Positions 42,449-52,428 of a stretch of DNA of 64,000 nucleotides are shown piece by piece; within the stretch, counting starts at the first letter, position 1, and every line of letters starts with the position of its first letter. The notes beneath the pieces were generated by a model, which made no database searches, was not told where the DNA came from, and saw only the letters and a list, made by a program, of their open reading frames with translations. The DNA comes from an uncultured Oscillospiraceae bacterium (GTDB lineage Bacteria; Bacillota; Clostridia; Oscillospirales; Oscillospiraceae). The stretch covers positions 22,238-86,237 of the forward strand of contig CAYVSU010000001.1 of NCBI GenBank assembly GCA_964454215.1, given 5' to 3'. Both the position numbers and the translations under genes were made by a program.

Positions 42449-43975
42449 TTAGAATTCCTTCTTCTTGATGACCAAGGCAGTGCCGGTGACGGCCAGTGCA
42501 GCCACGATCACAGCGGGGATCAGAGAAGTGCTGTCGCCGGTGTTGGGGTTCTCGCCGCGCTCAACGATCTCAACCCAACCGTTCACAACTTCAGCTACAT
42601 TGTTGTACTGAGTGACGGCACCATAGATCTTAACGGTATCGCCAACAGCGTGAGGAGCGGTCATTGCGTCATAGCGATTCTCGCCGGTAGCGTCGTAAGA
42701 GCCGTAGATAACCAGTGTATTGCCAGCCTCGTCTTCGATGACCATATTGCCGTAGGTCTCGTTAGTGATTTCGGTGATGACACCTACAACATAGTATTTG
42801 TCAGGAGTAACGCCGCCGTTCATAGCAGCTGCCAGAACCTCGATCTCTTCAATAGACAGCTCAGTATCAGCTTCGGGAGGAACGGGAGCGCCACAGTCTC
42901 CGCAAACATAATCAGAAACGGAGGGGTGTTCGCATTCTGCGGGAGTCAGGTCCATCAGCCATGCATTCTTAGCCTGGTTGGTTGTCACATTAGTCTTGCT
43001 GTCTGTGTATGTGCCTAGAACAGTAGCAATAGTAATGGTGTCGCCTACCTGAGGTTTGGTTTCCATTTCATCGTAACGGACGCCGCCGTAGGGCATATAC
43101 AGACCGTAGACATACAGTTCGTTGCCGTTTTCATCTTCAATGTACAGATTGCCGTATGTGGCGTTTGCAACGCTCTTAACCTTACCGGAGACAAGCCAGA
43201 AATCGGAGGTATAGCTGTCACCAGCAGCCGCAGCCTTAGTGTTGGCTTCGGTGATTGTCAGAGTGCCTTTAGTCGTGAACTGGTAACCACAGGTAGCGCA
43301 ATAGCCAGTGGAGTTGTAATCGTGGTTTTCATCAGAGGTAGTTGTCTTATCGCAAGTAGAATCCTTGCAGGAGTAAGTGAGGGTGTGCTTCAGATGAGTC
43401 TTAGCTACACAGGAATCAGCGGTCTCGTTCCACTCACAGGTGTGGACAGGGCCAGATCCCTCTCCATAGAAAAGCACGGACAATAGCACCATGCGTTTGC
43501 CATCATTAGTAGAAGAAAGAGTAATGGTTTTCGTGGAAGATGTATCAACAGTAACCACATCGTAGCCAGGAGTAGCGTTCGAAATTTGAACAGCTGCGCC
43601 GCCATTAATGGAATAATAAGAGGTATTATTTTTGTACTTAGCAAGATGAAGCTCAACTTTGGTAACTCCCTCAGGAACGGTAAAAGTTAAGGTGCCAACC
43701 AAGCTAGATGTGCCAAACTTAATAAAGCCAGTACCGGCAGAATCATTACCCTTTGAATAGACCTTAGTGCAATCTGTAAAGGTCAAGGTATAGTTACCGC
43801 TGGTGAAGGAAGTTCCGCTATCCATACCGTTACCATCCTGCCAACTGTCAGTACTGCTACTAGTCGGGAACGTAAACGTTGCAAGAGGTTCATCGGCCGC
43901 ACTTGCAAATGCTGCAAAGCTGAGAACCAGGGACAGTGCGAGAACAAGGCCAAGAATTTTGCTGATTGTTTTCAT
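42449..43975 (-). CDS. Secreted sortase-anchored protein with two OB-fold-like repeats
   Basis: Signal peptide; repeats YGN..IEDE.GN.L..YG...RYD.M...VGDT; NPNTGD, TM helix, KKKEF. Confidence 0.8.
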   Translation of the reverse strand: MKTISKILGLVLALSLVLSFAAFASAADEPLATFTFPTSSSTDSWQDGNGMDSGTSFTSGNYTLTFTDCTKVYSKGNDSAGTGFIKFGTSSLVGTLTFTVPEGVTKVELHLAKYKNNTSYYSINGGAAVQISNATPGYDVVTVDTSSTKTITLSSTNDGKRMVLLSVLFYGEGSGPVHTCEWNETADSCVAKTHLKHTLTYSCKDSTCDKTTTSDENHDYNSTGYCATCGYQFTTKGTLTITEANTKAAAAGDSYTSDFWLVSGKVKSVANATYGNLYIEDENGNELYVYGLYMPYGGVRYDEMETKPQVGDTITIATVLGTYTDSKTNVTTNQAKNAWLMDLTPAECEHPSVSDYVCGDCGAPVPPEADTELSIEEIEVLAAAMNGGVTPDKYYVVGVITEITNETYGNMVIEDEAGNTLVIYGSYDATGENRYDAMTAPHAVGDTVKIYGAVTQYNNVAEVVNGWVEIVERGENPNTGDSTSLIPAVIVAALAVTGTALVIKKKEF

Positions 43976-44219
43976 TTTTGTTTCCTCCTTAAAATTTGAA
44001 GGGGTTTTACCCTAATTCAACCCCGGTAGGCCCAGAGTTTAACGTCACCTTAAGAATAACATTTATTTCAAAAAATTACAACCACTTTCTAACAAAATTT
44101 GCAAATATTTTTTCTGTTTTCCTCCCCGATTCTGCTGATTTCTTTGAACGCACTCCTTTGTAACGGCATAGAATGACCCGGAACGACAGTTCTCAATTTC
44201 TTTGATCGGAGGAATGCAC

Positions 44220-44666
44220 TTGAATACGAACAAACAGATACTTCCCCAAGGTCAGGGGCGTCTGCCGGCCATGGCGCCCCTTGCAAACCCCTATGTACCC
44301 TTCCAAATGGAGGATCCGCCCAAATATGAAGCCAGAAAAGCACTGATTCGCGGCACACTGTTCCCGGGGCTGGATCTGCCATTTATGGGTATGGTGAATC
44401 AGACCGAAAAACCGGTGACCCCAAAGACTGAGCTGCAGGTTTTGGGGTTTGCCATTCAGGAGCTGGCGCTGTACCTCGACACCCATCCTGAGGATAAAGA
44501 AGCCCTTGCCCTCTACCGGGAGTATCAGCGGCTCTACCACGAGGGTATGAAAAAATACCAGGAAGAATATGGCCCACTGAATCACGCCACACCGGCGGAC
44601 AGCGGTCACTACAAGTGGATCGATGATCCGTGGCCTTGGGAATACGCAGCAAACAAGGAGGGCTAA
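44220..44666 (+). CDS. cotJB: CotJA-CotJB fusion spore coat protein
   Basis: LANPYVPFQ...GTLFPGLDLPF (CotJA) in frame with ELALYLDTHP...YGPL...PWPWE (CotJB). Confidence 0.85.
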   Translation: MNTNKQILPQGQGRLPAMAPLANPYVPFQMEDPPKYEARKALIRGTLFPGLDLPFMGMVNQTEKPVTPKTELQVLGFAIQELALYLDTHPEDKEALALYREYQRLYHEGMKKYQEEYGPLNHATPADSGHYKWIDDPWPWEYAANKEG

Positions 44667-44669
44667 GAT

Positions 44670-45266
44670 ATGTTTCTTTATAATAAAAAAATGCAATATC
44701 CTGTGAAGATCGCCCGTCCCAATCCCCGGCTTGCCGGCATTATCATCAGCCAATACGGCGGTCCGGACGGTGAACTGGGCGCATCTCTTCGCTACCTCTC
44801 CCAGCGGTACTCTATGCCCTTTGATGAGCAAAAAGCTTTGCTTACGGACATCGGCGTGGAGGAATTGAACCACCTTGAGATGGTGGGCGCGATCGTCCAT
44901 CAGCTGACACGGAATCTCAAGGAAAAAGACATTGAGGGTACGCCCTTTGAGCAGTACTTTGTAGATCATACCGTTGGTGTCTACCCCACATTTGCATCCG
45001 GTACGCCCTGGACTGCCGCCACAATGCAGGTTAAAGGCGATCCCATTGCAGACCTGACAGAGGATCTCGCCGCAGAACAGAAAGCCAGAGTGACTTATGA
45101 CAATATTCTCCGGCTTTCCGATGACCCGGATGTTAATGACGTGATCAAATTCCTGAGGGAACGGGAAATCGTCCACTTCCAGCGCTTCGGCGAAAGTATG
45201 CAGCAGCTCCGGGAACGGCTGAATCAGAAAAATGTTTACTGTATGAACCCGGCTATTGACCTATAA
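44670..45266 (+). CDS. cotJC: Manganese catalase family spore coat protein CotJC
   Basis: QYGGPDGELGA, DIGVEELNHLE, EDLAAEQKAR, REIVHFQRF. Confidence 0.93.
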   Translation: MFLYNKKMQYPVKIARPNPRLAGIIISQYGGPDGELGASLRYLSQRYSMPFDEQKALLTDIGVEELNHLEMVGAIVHQLTRNLKEKDIEGTPFEQYFVDHTVGVYPTFASGTPWTAATMQVKGDPIADLTEDLAAEQKARVTYDNILRLSDDPDVNDVIKFLREREIVHFQRFGESMQQLRERLNQKNVYCMNPAIDL

Positions 45267-45295
45267 AAACTGTGCCGACCCCGAAGGGTCGGCAC
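45265..45295. terminator. Terminator between convergent genes
   Basis: GTGCCGACCC/GGGTCGGCAC. Confidence 0.75.
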
Positions 45296-45300
45296 GTACT

Positions 45301-46260
45301 TTATCTTTGGTTATCAAAGCTGCTGTAGCGGTCATCATCTGATTTCTTTCGTTTCCGGGAGCTGACAGTGACGATTATGATCACTGCGACAACCACGATC
45401 AGGACAATGGCACCAATTTTGAGTGCAGATGTGTCATTTTTGGGGAATACATCTGCCATATCGTCCACGACCAAGGCTGTAGGAATCCCGGTTGATTCAG
45501 AAAATGTTTTCAGTGCATCTTCAACCGTGCTCTTTGTCATCTGCAGTTCGGTATCGTTAATGAAGGTATAGGATGCTGTCCGTTCCTCTTTACAGGTAAA
45601 GGAACTGCTGATGCCCAAGTTTGTTACGGATGTTGTCATTGTGCGAAACACTTGCGCAAGGTTGGAATCCAGGGAATATTTATAATTCGTCTCGTTGATG
45701 CAGGTGCTCATCGCCTGCCCCAACTGGGTGGAATTACTGCCAAACATAAAGTTGATGTCGTCAGCGATATGATCCCCTACCCAGGCGATATAGCTGTAGT
45801 TGTAATGACCCTCGTCGATCAAAAATACGATCAGCAGATTATCTTCGTAGGCACTGCTGCTAAAGATCTCGGCGTAGCGATCATCCGCATAGTCCTGCAA
45901 AGCTTCTTCATCGTACTGCACCGAGCTTCCCTGCGAATTTGCAGAAAGTCCACCTGTAAAAACAGAGCCGATGATGGCAATCAGAAGAATTATCAAAATA
46001 AGGGGTACCATAATGATTCCCATCAGTCCACCGAGACAACCGCCGCCATAATGAGGTCCACGATGCCAGCCCCAGCCCCAATGACGGGGTCTGTGATGCC
46101 AACCGCCCATATGCGGGCCGTGGAATCCACCTCTCGGACCGTGTCCACCCGGACGGGGACCACCAAAGCCACCGCCGCCTCCGAATCCCCCGTGGGATCC
46201 TCCTCCAAAACCGCCGCGGCCTCCGCCGCCGCCTCGTGCGCCACCTCCAGGACCTGGCAT
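45301..46260 (-). CDS. Membrane protein with Gly/Arg/His-rich N-terminus
   Basis: About 75-aa GGF/RGG/HW low-complexity head, TM helix, soluble domain, TM helix, basic tail; AAGGAGG RBS. Confidence 0.8.
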   Translation of the reverse strand: MPGPGGGARGGGGGRGGFGGGSHGGFGGGGGFGGPRPGGHGPRGGFHGPHMGGWHHRPRHWGWGWHRGPHYGGGCLGGLMGIIMVPLILIILLIAIIGSVFTGGLSANSQGSSVQYDEEALQDYADDRYAEIFSSSAYEDNLLIVFLIDEGHYNYSYIAWVGDHIADDINFMFGSNSTQLGQAMSTCINETNYKYSLDSNLAQVFRTMTTSVTNLGISSSFTCKEERTASYTFINDTELQMTKSTVEDALKTFSESTGIPTALVVDDMADVFPKNDTSALKIGAIVLIVVVAVIIIVTVSSRKRKKSDDDRYSSFDNQR

Positions 46261-46436
46261 AAGCATATCCTCCTTGTAGTTTTTTGAACATTATAACATC
46301 TGCGCCGCAGGTTCGCAAGCGATATGGGATACATCTTGTGTGAATTTTTAGTAAATAAATTGGGTACAATTTCCAAGCTGTTCCCATTATTAGGATGGGT
46401 TAAAGAGAATATTTCTATTCTGTCGTGAGGTGCTGT

Positions 46437-47417
46437 ATGCTATTTATTTGCTGCGCTGCAATTTTGGTGGCCGTGATACTGAGTTTCACATTGTATACTT
46501 ACTTTACTTGCTTTCATGCAGGCAAGGACCGTTGTGACAACCCTTATGCTCCTGTTATTGGCTCTCAATATAAAGCAGTTGAGGACGAGATATACGCCTG
46601 CTCGAGAATTATGGAAAAGGTGTCCTGCGAATGGGTGGAGATTCCTTCATATGACGGGTTGACTCTGCGTGGGCGCTACTACCATTTTACCGACGGAGCG
46701 CCGATAATGCTGCTTATGCACGGATATCGCGGTATGGCTCTGCGGGATTGCTCCGGGGGATTCATACTCTCAAGTAAACTTGGATTGAATATTTTGGTGC
46801 CGGATCAGCGAGCACACGGTAAAAGTGACGGACGGGTCATCAGCTTCGGAATTAAAGAGCGTTATGATGTGCTTTCCTGGATCAACTGCGTCAATATCCG
46901 CTTTGGCAGACAAACGCCCATTGTACTTTCCGGCCTTTCAATGGGCGCATCAACAGTATTGATGGCCGCGGAATTAGATTTGCCGGAAAATGTGGCGGGT
47001 ATCATTGCTGACAGCGGATTTTCCGCTCCCGGTGACATTATTTGCAAGGTTTGTCGGGATCGCGGTCTGCCTGATTGGCTTTGCTTCCCATTTATTCGGC
47101 TGGGTGCCCGGCTTTTTGGCGGCTTCTCCTTGACGGAATGCTCCGCAGAAAAAGCAATTCAGCGCACTTCCCTGCCCATTCTTCTGCTCCACGGCGACGA
47201 TGACCGCTATGTTCCAAAGAAAATGAGCGAGAAGATATATGCCGCAAGAAATAATAATACTGAGCTGGCCATCTTTCCAGGTGCTGGTCACGGACTGTGT
47301 TATATGGTTGATCCCCTTCGTTATGAAGCTTTGAATGTACGATTTTTGTGTAGACTGCCCACAGTGCGTTTATGGCTTGAAAATAGTAGCTTTGCTCACA
47401 AATATCTTTCAAAGTAA
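46437..47417 (+). CDS. Membrane-anchored alpha/beta hydrolase
   Basis: HGYRG, DQRAHGKS, GLSMGA, LHGDDD, GAGHG. Confidence 0.9.
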   Translation: MLFICCAAILVAVILSFTLYTYFTCFHAGKDRCDNPYAPVIGSQYKAVEDEIYACSRIMEKVSCEWVEIPSYDGLTLRGRYYHFTDGAPIMLLMHGYRGMALRDCSGGFILSSKLGLNILVPDQRAHGKSDGRVISFGIKERYDVLSWINCVNIRFGRQTPIVLSGLSMGASTVLMAAELDLPENVAGIIADSGFSAPGDIICKVCRDRGLPDWLCFPFIRLGARLFGGFSLTECSAEKAIQRTSLPILLLHGDDDRYVPKKMSEKIYAARNNNTELAIFPGAGHGLCYMVDPLRYEALNVRFLCRLPTVRLWLENSSFAHKYLSK

Positions 47418-47480
47418 TCTTTGACAAGATGCCATTGCCTTGTTATAATTAAATTGGAAATCAACACAGGAGGTAATCGT

Positions 47481-48092
47481 ATGAAAAAGAACATCATTAC
47501 CATCAGCCGTCAGTTTGGTAGCGGCGGTCGCAGCGTTGGTCACCTGGTGGCGGAAAAACTGGGAATTCCCTTCTATGACAAGGTACTGGTGGAGCAAATC
47601 GCGCTGGAATCCGGCTTTGCAACCAAGTATGTGGAGGAGCACGGAGAACACTCCCCTGGTAAGAGTTTCTTCTCTTATGCCTTTGCGCCTCAGGGTGTGC
47701 CCGGTGTGATGAACGGACTTTCCACCGCCGATTTTCTTTGGAATATTCAATGCAGCGCCATTTTGCAGCTGGCAGAAAAAGGACCCTGTGTTATTGTCGG
47801 CAGAAATGCCGATTACATATTAAAGGACCGACCCGACTGCCTCCACGTATATGTTCACGCGGATATGGATTTCCGGGCAGAGCGAATTGTTCGTCTTTAT
47901 GGCGAGTCCGAAAACAGCCCTCAGAGCCGTCTTCAGGAAAAAGATAAGCGTCGTAAGGTCAACTATCAACACTACACAGGCAGAGTTTGGGGCGATGCAA
48001 CCAACTATGACCTATGTGTTAATACCGGAACCATCGGAGTTGAAGAAGCGGCTGATATGATCGTCGCCCTTGTGAAAGCTTCTGAAATGTAA
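47481..48092 (+). CDS. Cytidylate kinase-like family protein
   Basis: ITISRQFGSGG, PCVIVGR, YDLCVNT. Confidence 0.9.
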   Translation: MKKNIITISRQFGSGGRSVGHLVAEKLGIPFYDKVLVEQIALESGFATKYVEEHGEHSPGKSFFSYAFAPQGVPGVMNGLSTADFLWNIQCSAILQLAEKGPCVIVGRNADYILKDRPDCLHVYVHADMDFRAERIVRLYGESENSPQSRLQEKDKRRKVNYQHYTGRVWGDATNYDLCVNTGTIGVEEAADMIVALVKASEM

Positions 48093-48124
48093 ACGAAGTC
48101 CGTCCCATTCCGGGACGGACTATT

Positions 48125-48667
48125 TTATGTATTGGCGTTAATTTGGCGAATGCATCGGGTTATACAGAAGACAGCAGCCAGTATGCAGAGAGCGGAAATT
48201 TCCATAATCCACTCCCCTTTTGACAATCCACGGTCATAAGCAATGAAACGGATGGCCAAAGGTGTTGCAACGGCAAAAGAAGCGGGCAATTTCCAGGGAA
48301 TGTAGCCAAGTGCTGTCGTTATCAGGGCAGCGCAGCACACGAGATACCACAGAACGCTGAAAATGATCCGAAGTGTATTCCCGGAAGATAAATTACCGAA
48401 CATAATCATCAGGCACAACAGTGCAGCGGTGATGGCATACACCAGCGGGTGCTGCAGACGAATGACCCGCAACAGCAGTATGCCTGCAATACAGAGCAAA
48501 AGCGGGATGATCAGCCGGAAAACAATGGTTGCGGTACTGACTTGGGTGTAGTCAGAAAGGACCGTAAAATAAATTACCCGAAGAAAGAAAGCAAGAGCAA
48601 GCAACGCAGCAGAAAGGTTGCACCAGCGGGTTTTAAAGTGCATAGCATAGGTTGTTAACGGCTTCAT
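48125..48667 (-). CDS. Hypothetical membrane protein
   Basis: About six hydrophobic helices; GGAGGTG RBS. Confidence 0.7.
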   Translation of the reverse strand: MKPLTTYAMHFKTRWCNLSAALLALAFFLRVIYFTVLSDYTQVSTATIVFRLIIPLLLCIAGILLLRVIRLQHPLVYAITAALLCLMIMFGNLSSGNTLRIIFSVLWYLVCCAALITTALGYIPWKLPASFAVATPLAIRFIAYDRGLSKGEWIMEISALCILAAVFCITRCIRQINANT

Positions 48668-48728
48668 TCTGATTTCACCTCCGATTTTTTCCTATTATAC
48701 GGCAAATTTCCAAAAATGGCAATACTTT

Positions 48729-49880
48729 TTATACACCAAGTAATTCTTTATCTTCAATGTGGATGCTGACGCCGTTTACCTCCACTTCTCCATCAGCGCA
48801 AATCAGGATGTATTTCACACCGTTGATAACTCGAGTTTCAATCAGATCTGTGCGATCCGGTGCTACTTTAATGGAAACATCCGGTGTTTTGATCTCAAAG
48901 CGACGATCATCTATGATATTTTTTGGATGCACTTCTGCTTCAAAACCGAAGGTTGCATCGTAATCAATGCTGAACTTGGCGATATGAGGCTCAGAAACGC
49001 CACAGGAGGCAAGAACCTCTTTTACATCATTCTTGTTTACCGTTAAGGCTTCAGGCACTCTGGATTCCTTGTGCATCGCTATACGCTGACACAGCTCGTC
49101 GTGCACCGCCTGCACCACATCCATACTGCATTCATTCTTCAGGCAGCTGCAAAGCAGTGTTTCAAAGGATTTTTTCTGCTGAGCAGCCGGTTTGGGGATC
49201 GAAACGTTAAAGATTGCGGCAGCCAATTCCTCGTGACTGTCTTTAGAACTGTGGGTATAGTATAGCGCGTTGTAAATATTGGTGCTGCGGTTATCAAATG
49301 CCGGGAATAAAAAGCCTAATTCCGGTGCACTGACGGTGTTGATAATGCCACCATCGTGAAATTCCTTGTTTTCCGGGACGTAGCGCAGCTTGGGCTGGGC
49401 CTGCTTCACTGGGCAGATGGCGCAGTGAAGATAGGTGTAGACTTCGGTGCTGTTATCACTTTGTGTTTCATCATCCCTGCTCTTAAATGGCACATCGTAG
49501 TTGTCACAGCCCAACAGAATCAAATAATTGCAGCCAAGGGATACGTTCTCGATGATCTTACGGTACAGAGTCATCCGCAGCGCATCATCTTTCAAAGCCG
49601 TCTGTCGCAGATCCATCAGCAGTTTATGCTCCTCGCTTCCTGCGACTTGGCTCGTTTTGAAGGAAATATCGATCAGATTTTTGCCGATTCCTCCGGAAAG
49701 TGTTCGTTTCAGCAGAGCAAAATACTTCTCTCCTTCGTTTTCGGACATCAATGCAGTGCTCTGCCGAAATTCAGAGATGATCTCCTTGTTTTCATTCACA
49801 TAACAGCCGTACAGTTGGGTCATATTACTCCGATCCCGACGGGTGTGCCGACGAATCTCGCCGATCTCTTTGACATTCAT
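48729..49880 (-). CDS. DUF4317 family protein
   Basis: KEIGEIRR, GFLFPAFDNRSTNI..ALYY, C-terminal VEVNGV. Confidence 0.85.
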   Translation of the reverse strand: MNVKEIGEIRRHTRRDRSNMTQLYGCYVNENKEIISEFRQSTALMSENEGEKYFALLKRTLSGGIGKNLIDISFKTSQVAGSEEHKLLMDLRQTALKDDALRMTLYRKIIENVSLGCNYLILLGCDNYDVPFKSRDDETQSDNSTEVYTYLHCAICPVKQAQPKLRYVPENKEFHDGGIINTVSAPELGFLFPAFDNRSTNIYNALYYTHSSKDSHEELAAAIFNVSIPKPAAQQKKSFETLLCSCLKNECSMDVVQAVHDELCQRIAMHKESRVPEALTVNKNDVKEVLASCGVSEPHIAKFSIDYDATFGFEAEVHPKNIIDDRRFEIKTPDVSIKVAPDRTDLIETRVINGVKYILICADGEVEVNGVSIHIEDKELLGV

Positions 49881-49936
49881 AAGTAACCTCGCTTAACAGT
49901 TGGAAGCCTCCGGCAATTTTGCCGGAGGCATTTCAA

Positions 49937-50467
49937 TTACTTCCAAAGACATTTCCAGTTCTGAATGAAGTACTCCACTCCGGAATACAGGGTGGTAACA
50001 ACGATCACCGCAGTAACAGCATAGCCGATCCAAACGACCGCAGGGAACGCCATCCAAACACAAAGGCCCACCATTGTGCTGGCGGTTTTGACCTTGCCGC
50101 TCCAGCCGGCGGCGATCACTGTGCCGTTGCCGGCAGCAACCAAACGCAGGCCGGTAACCGCAAACTCACGAGTCAGGACCACCATCAGTGCCCAAGCAGG
50201 CATCAATCCCCACTCACAGAACATACACATAGCAGCAATAGTGAGCAATTTGTCTGCCAAGGGGTCCAGAAATTTGCCGAAATCGGTGACTTGGTTGTAC
50301 TTTCTGGCGATATGTCCATCGATCCAGTCTGTTACGCTGGCAAGGATAAACACGCCCAGACCGATCCACATCCATAGCCCGGGTTGACCGCCGGACAGAT
50401 ACATCAAAATCATAAAAATGGGAATGAATGCCACACGAATCAGTGTGATCTTGCTTGCAGTTGTCAT
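49937..50467 (-). CDS. pgsA: CDP-diacylglycerol--glycerol-3-phosphate phosphatidyltransferase
   Basis: TDWIDGHIARK...GKFLDPLADK. Confidence 0.94.
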   Translation of the reverse strand: MTTASKITLIRVAFIPIFMILMYLSGGQPGLWMWIGLGVFILASVTDWIDGHIARKYNQVTDFGKFLDPLADKLLTIAAMCMFCEWGLMPAWALMVVLTREFAVTGLRLVAAGNGTVIAAGWSGKVKTASTMVGLCVWMAFPAVVWIGYAVTAVIVVTTLYSGVEYFIQNWKCLWK

Positions 50468-50471
50468 ATTT

Positions 50472-51800
50472 TTATTCCTCCACAACATAACCTGCCAGGT
50501 CGCCGTCTATGATTCCGTCGATCTGTACGGTAATAAATTCACCTTCAGTTAAAGCATCATCTGATGCGATCCATACTCGGCCGTCAATCCCGGGCGAGTC
50601 AGCGTATGTACGGCCGTAATATTGCTCGTATTCTTCATCATATCCATCCACGACCACCTCAATGGCCGTATCCATCATAGATTCACAATATGCATCCATA
50701 ATATCCGCCTGGATGGATTCAATCATTTCCGCTCTGCGCTGTGCAACAGTCGTCTCGGGATGGTCCATTTCTGCGGCGGGCGTACCTTCTTCTGGAGAGA
50801 AGGCGAATGCACCAACCCTCTCCAGACGCAACTCCTTAAGGAATTCGCAAAGCTCTGCAAATTCCTCATCTCCTTCGCCGGGAAGACCGGTGATCACACT
50901 GGTGCGCAGAACAAGGTTTGGAATTCGGTCCCGCAGCTTTCCAAACAGTTCTTTTAAGAACGGGCCATCTCCCCTGCGATTCATTTTCTTGAGGATCTGG
51001 CTGTTACAATGCTGAATGGGAATGTCCAAATATTTTACGATCTTGGGTTCAGAAGCGATCACGTTGATCAGTTCATCATCAATCTCATCCGGATAGACAT
51101 AATGGATGCGGATCCAGTGCAATCCCTCGATCTGGCAAAGCTGCCGCAAAAGATCCGGCAAAAGCCGTTTGTGTCCCGGCAGATCTGTGCCGTAACGGCT
51201 GGTATCCTGGGCGACTACAATCAGCTCTTTTACACCTGAAGCTGCCAAAAGCCGGGCTTCGTAAAGCACATCATCCATTTGCCGGCTGCGGAATTTGCCC
51301 CGAAGATACGGAATTATGCAATAGGCGCAGCGGTTATCGCAACCTTCTGCGATCTTAATGTAAGCGTAATGCTCCGGAGTGGTCAAAACTCTTCCGGTTT
51401 CTTGCTCGGGTGCATCAATTGAGCCGAAGTCAATGACTGTCTTGTCCTCCAGCAATGCTTCAATTGCGGGAACGATTTGTGTATAGCTACCAGTACCGAG
51501 AATGCCGTCCACCTCAGGTAGCTGCTGAAGGATCTCGTTCTGATATCGCTGAGAAAGGCAACCGGTGACCAGGATTTTTCCAACCAGTCCCTCCCCTTTT
51601 AACGCTGCGGTTTGCAGGATGAAATCAATTGCTTCAGACTTTGCAGAATCGATAAAACCGCAGGTATTGATGACAACCACATCGCTGCCGACAATGTCGG
51701 CTTTGACCGTATGTCCTGCTTCCTGCACCCGGTACATCATTCGCTCACAGTCAACCTGATTTTTTGCGCACCCAAGGCTAATAAAGCCAATGTTTGCCAT
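50472..51800 (-). CDS. rimO: S12 methylthiotransferase
   Basis: SLGCAKNQVD, NTCGFI, EGCDNRCAYC, TRAM domain. Confidence 0.95.
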   Translation of the reverse strand: MANIGFISLGCAKNQVDCERMMYRVQEAGHTVKADIVGSDVVVINTCGFIDSAKSEAIDFILQTAALKGEGLVGKILVTGCLSQRYQNEILQQLPEVDGILGTGSYTQIVPAIEALLEDKTVIDFGSIDAPEQETGRVLTTPEHYAYIKIAEGCDNRCAYCIIPYLRGKFRSRQMDDVLYEARLLAASGVKELIVVAQDTSRYGTDLPGHKRLLPDLLRQLCQIEGLHWIRIHYVYPDEIDDELINVIASEPKIVKYLDIPIQHCNSQILKKMNRRGDGPFLKELFGKLRDRIPNLVLRTSVITGLPGEGDEEFAELCEFLKELRLERVGAFAFSPEEGTPAAEMDHPETTVAQRRAEMIESIQADIMDAYCESMMDTAIEVVVDGYDEEYEQYYGRTYADSPGIDGRVWIASDDALTEGEFITVQIDGIIDGDLAGYVVEE

Positions 51801-51801
51801 A

Positions 51802-52428
51802 TTAATCCTCCGAAAATTCATGAAATTCGATCATCAGATCATCCAAGACCCGACGAATATTCCCATAGCTGTGACCTCGGCGGATCAACGCATCCACGGC
51901 GCGTTTGATATCCTTTCGGTCGGAATTTGCAGTCAAATGGGCGTCCAGAAATTCCATAATAAATTGTGATTGGTCCGGATATTCTGCCAGTGCCTCTTCC
52001 CAAAATTCCCTCGGGATTCGCTTTTCATAGAGTGCCTGCCTGGCTCGCTGAATACCGTAGCCCTTTGAAATGCAACGGTAAACCACTTGTTCCGCAGTTT
52101 TACGGTCATCGATAAGGGAAAGTTCGCACATCCAATCCACGGCCGCTTTTGCCTGATCCGGGTCCTCGCCTTTTTGAATCAAACGCCGCTCCAAGTCGCC
52201 CTTGGAAACGCTGGAGACAGATAAAATCCGAACTGCCCGCATTTTTGCAGACATCTCTCCAGCTGCAATTTGCAGTTTGGAGAGTTCTGCATCAGTCAGT
52301 TCTAAGCCGGCGAAAATGCCAAAATCCTCCACAGTCTGCCGATACAGCCGCAGGACGATGCCGTTTGAAAGCTCAGTACGGTAGCGTCCTGCCCGGTCCG
52401 GTGAAGATGAGAGTTTCTCAATCCTCAT
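51802..52428 (-). CDS. recX: Regulatory protein RecX
   Basis: Overlaps the recA stop; LIDDRK, G..RARQAL..KRI, LIRRGH. Confidence 0.85.
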   Translation of the reverse strand: MRIEKLSSSPDRAGRYRTELSNGIVLRLYRQTVEDFGIFAGLELTDAELSKLQIAAGEMSAKMRAVRILSVSSVSKGDLERRLIQKGEDPDQAKAAVDWMCELSLIDDRKTAEQVVYRCISKGYGIQRARQALYEKRIPREFWEEALAEYPDQSQFIMEFLDAHLTANSDRKDIKRAVDALIRRGHSYGNIRRVLDDLMIEFHEFSED

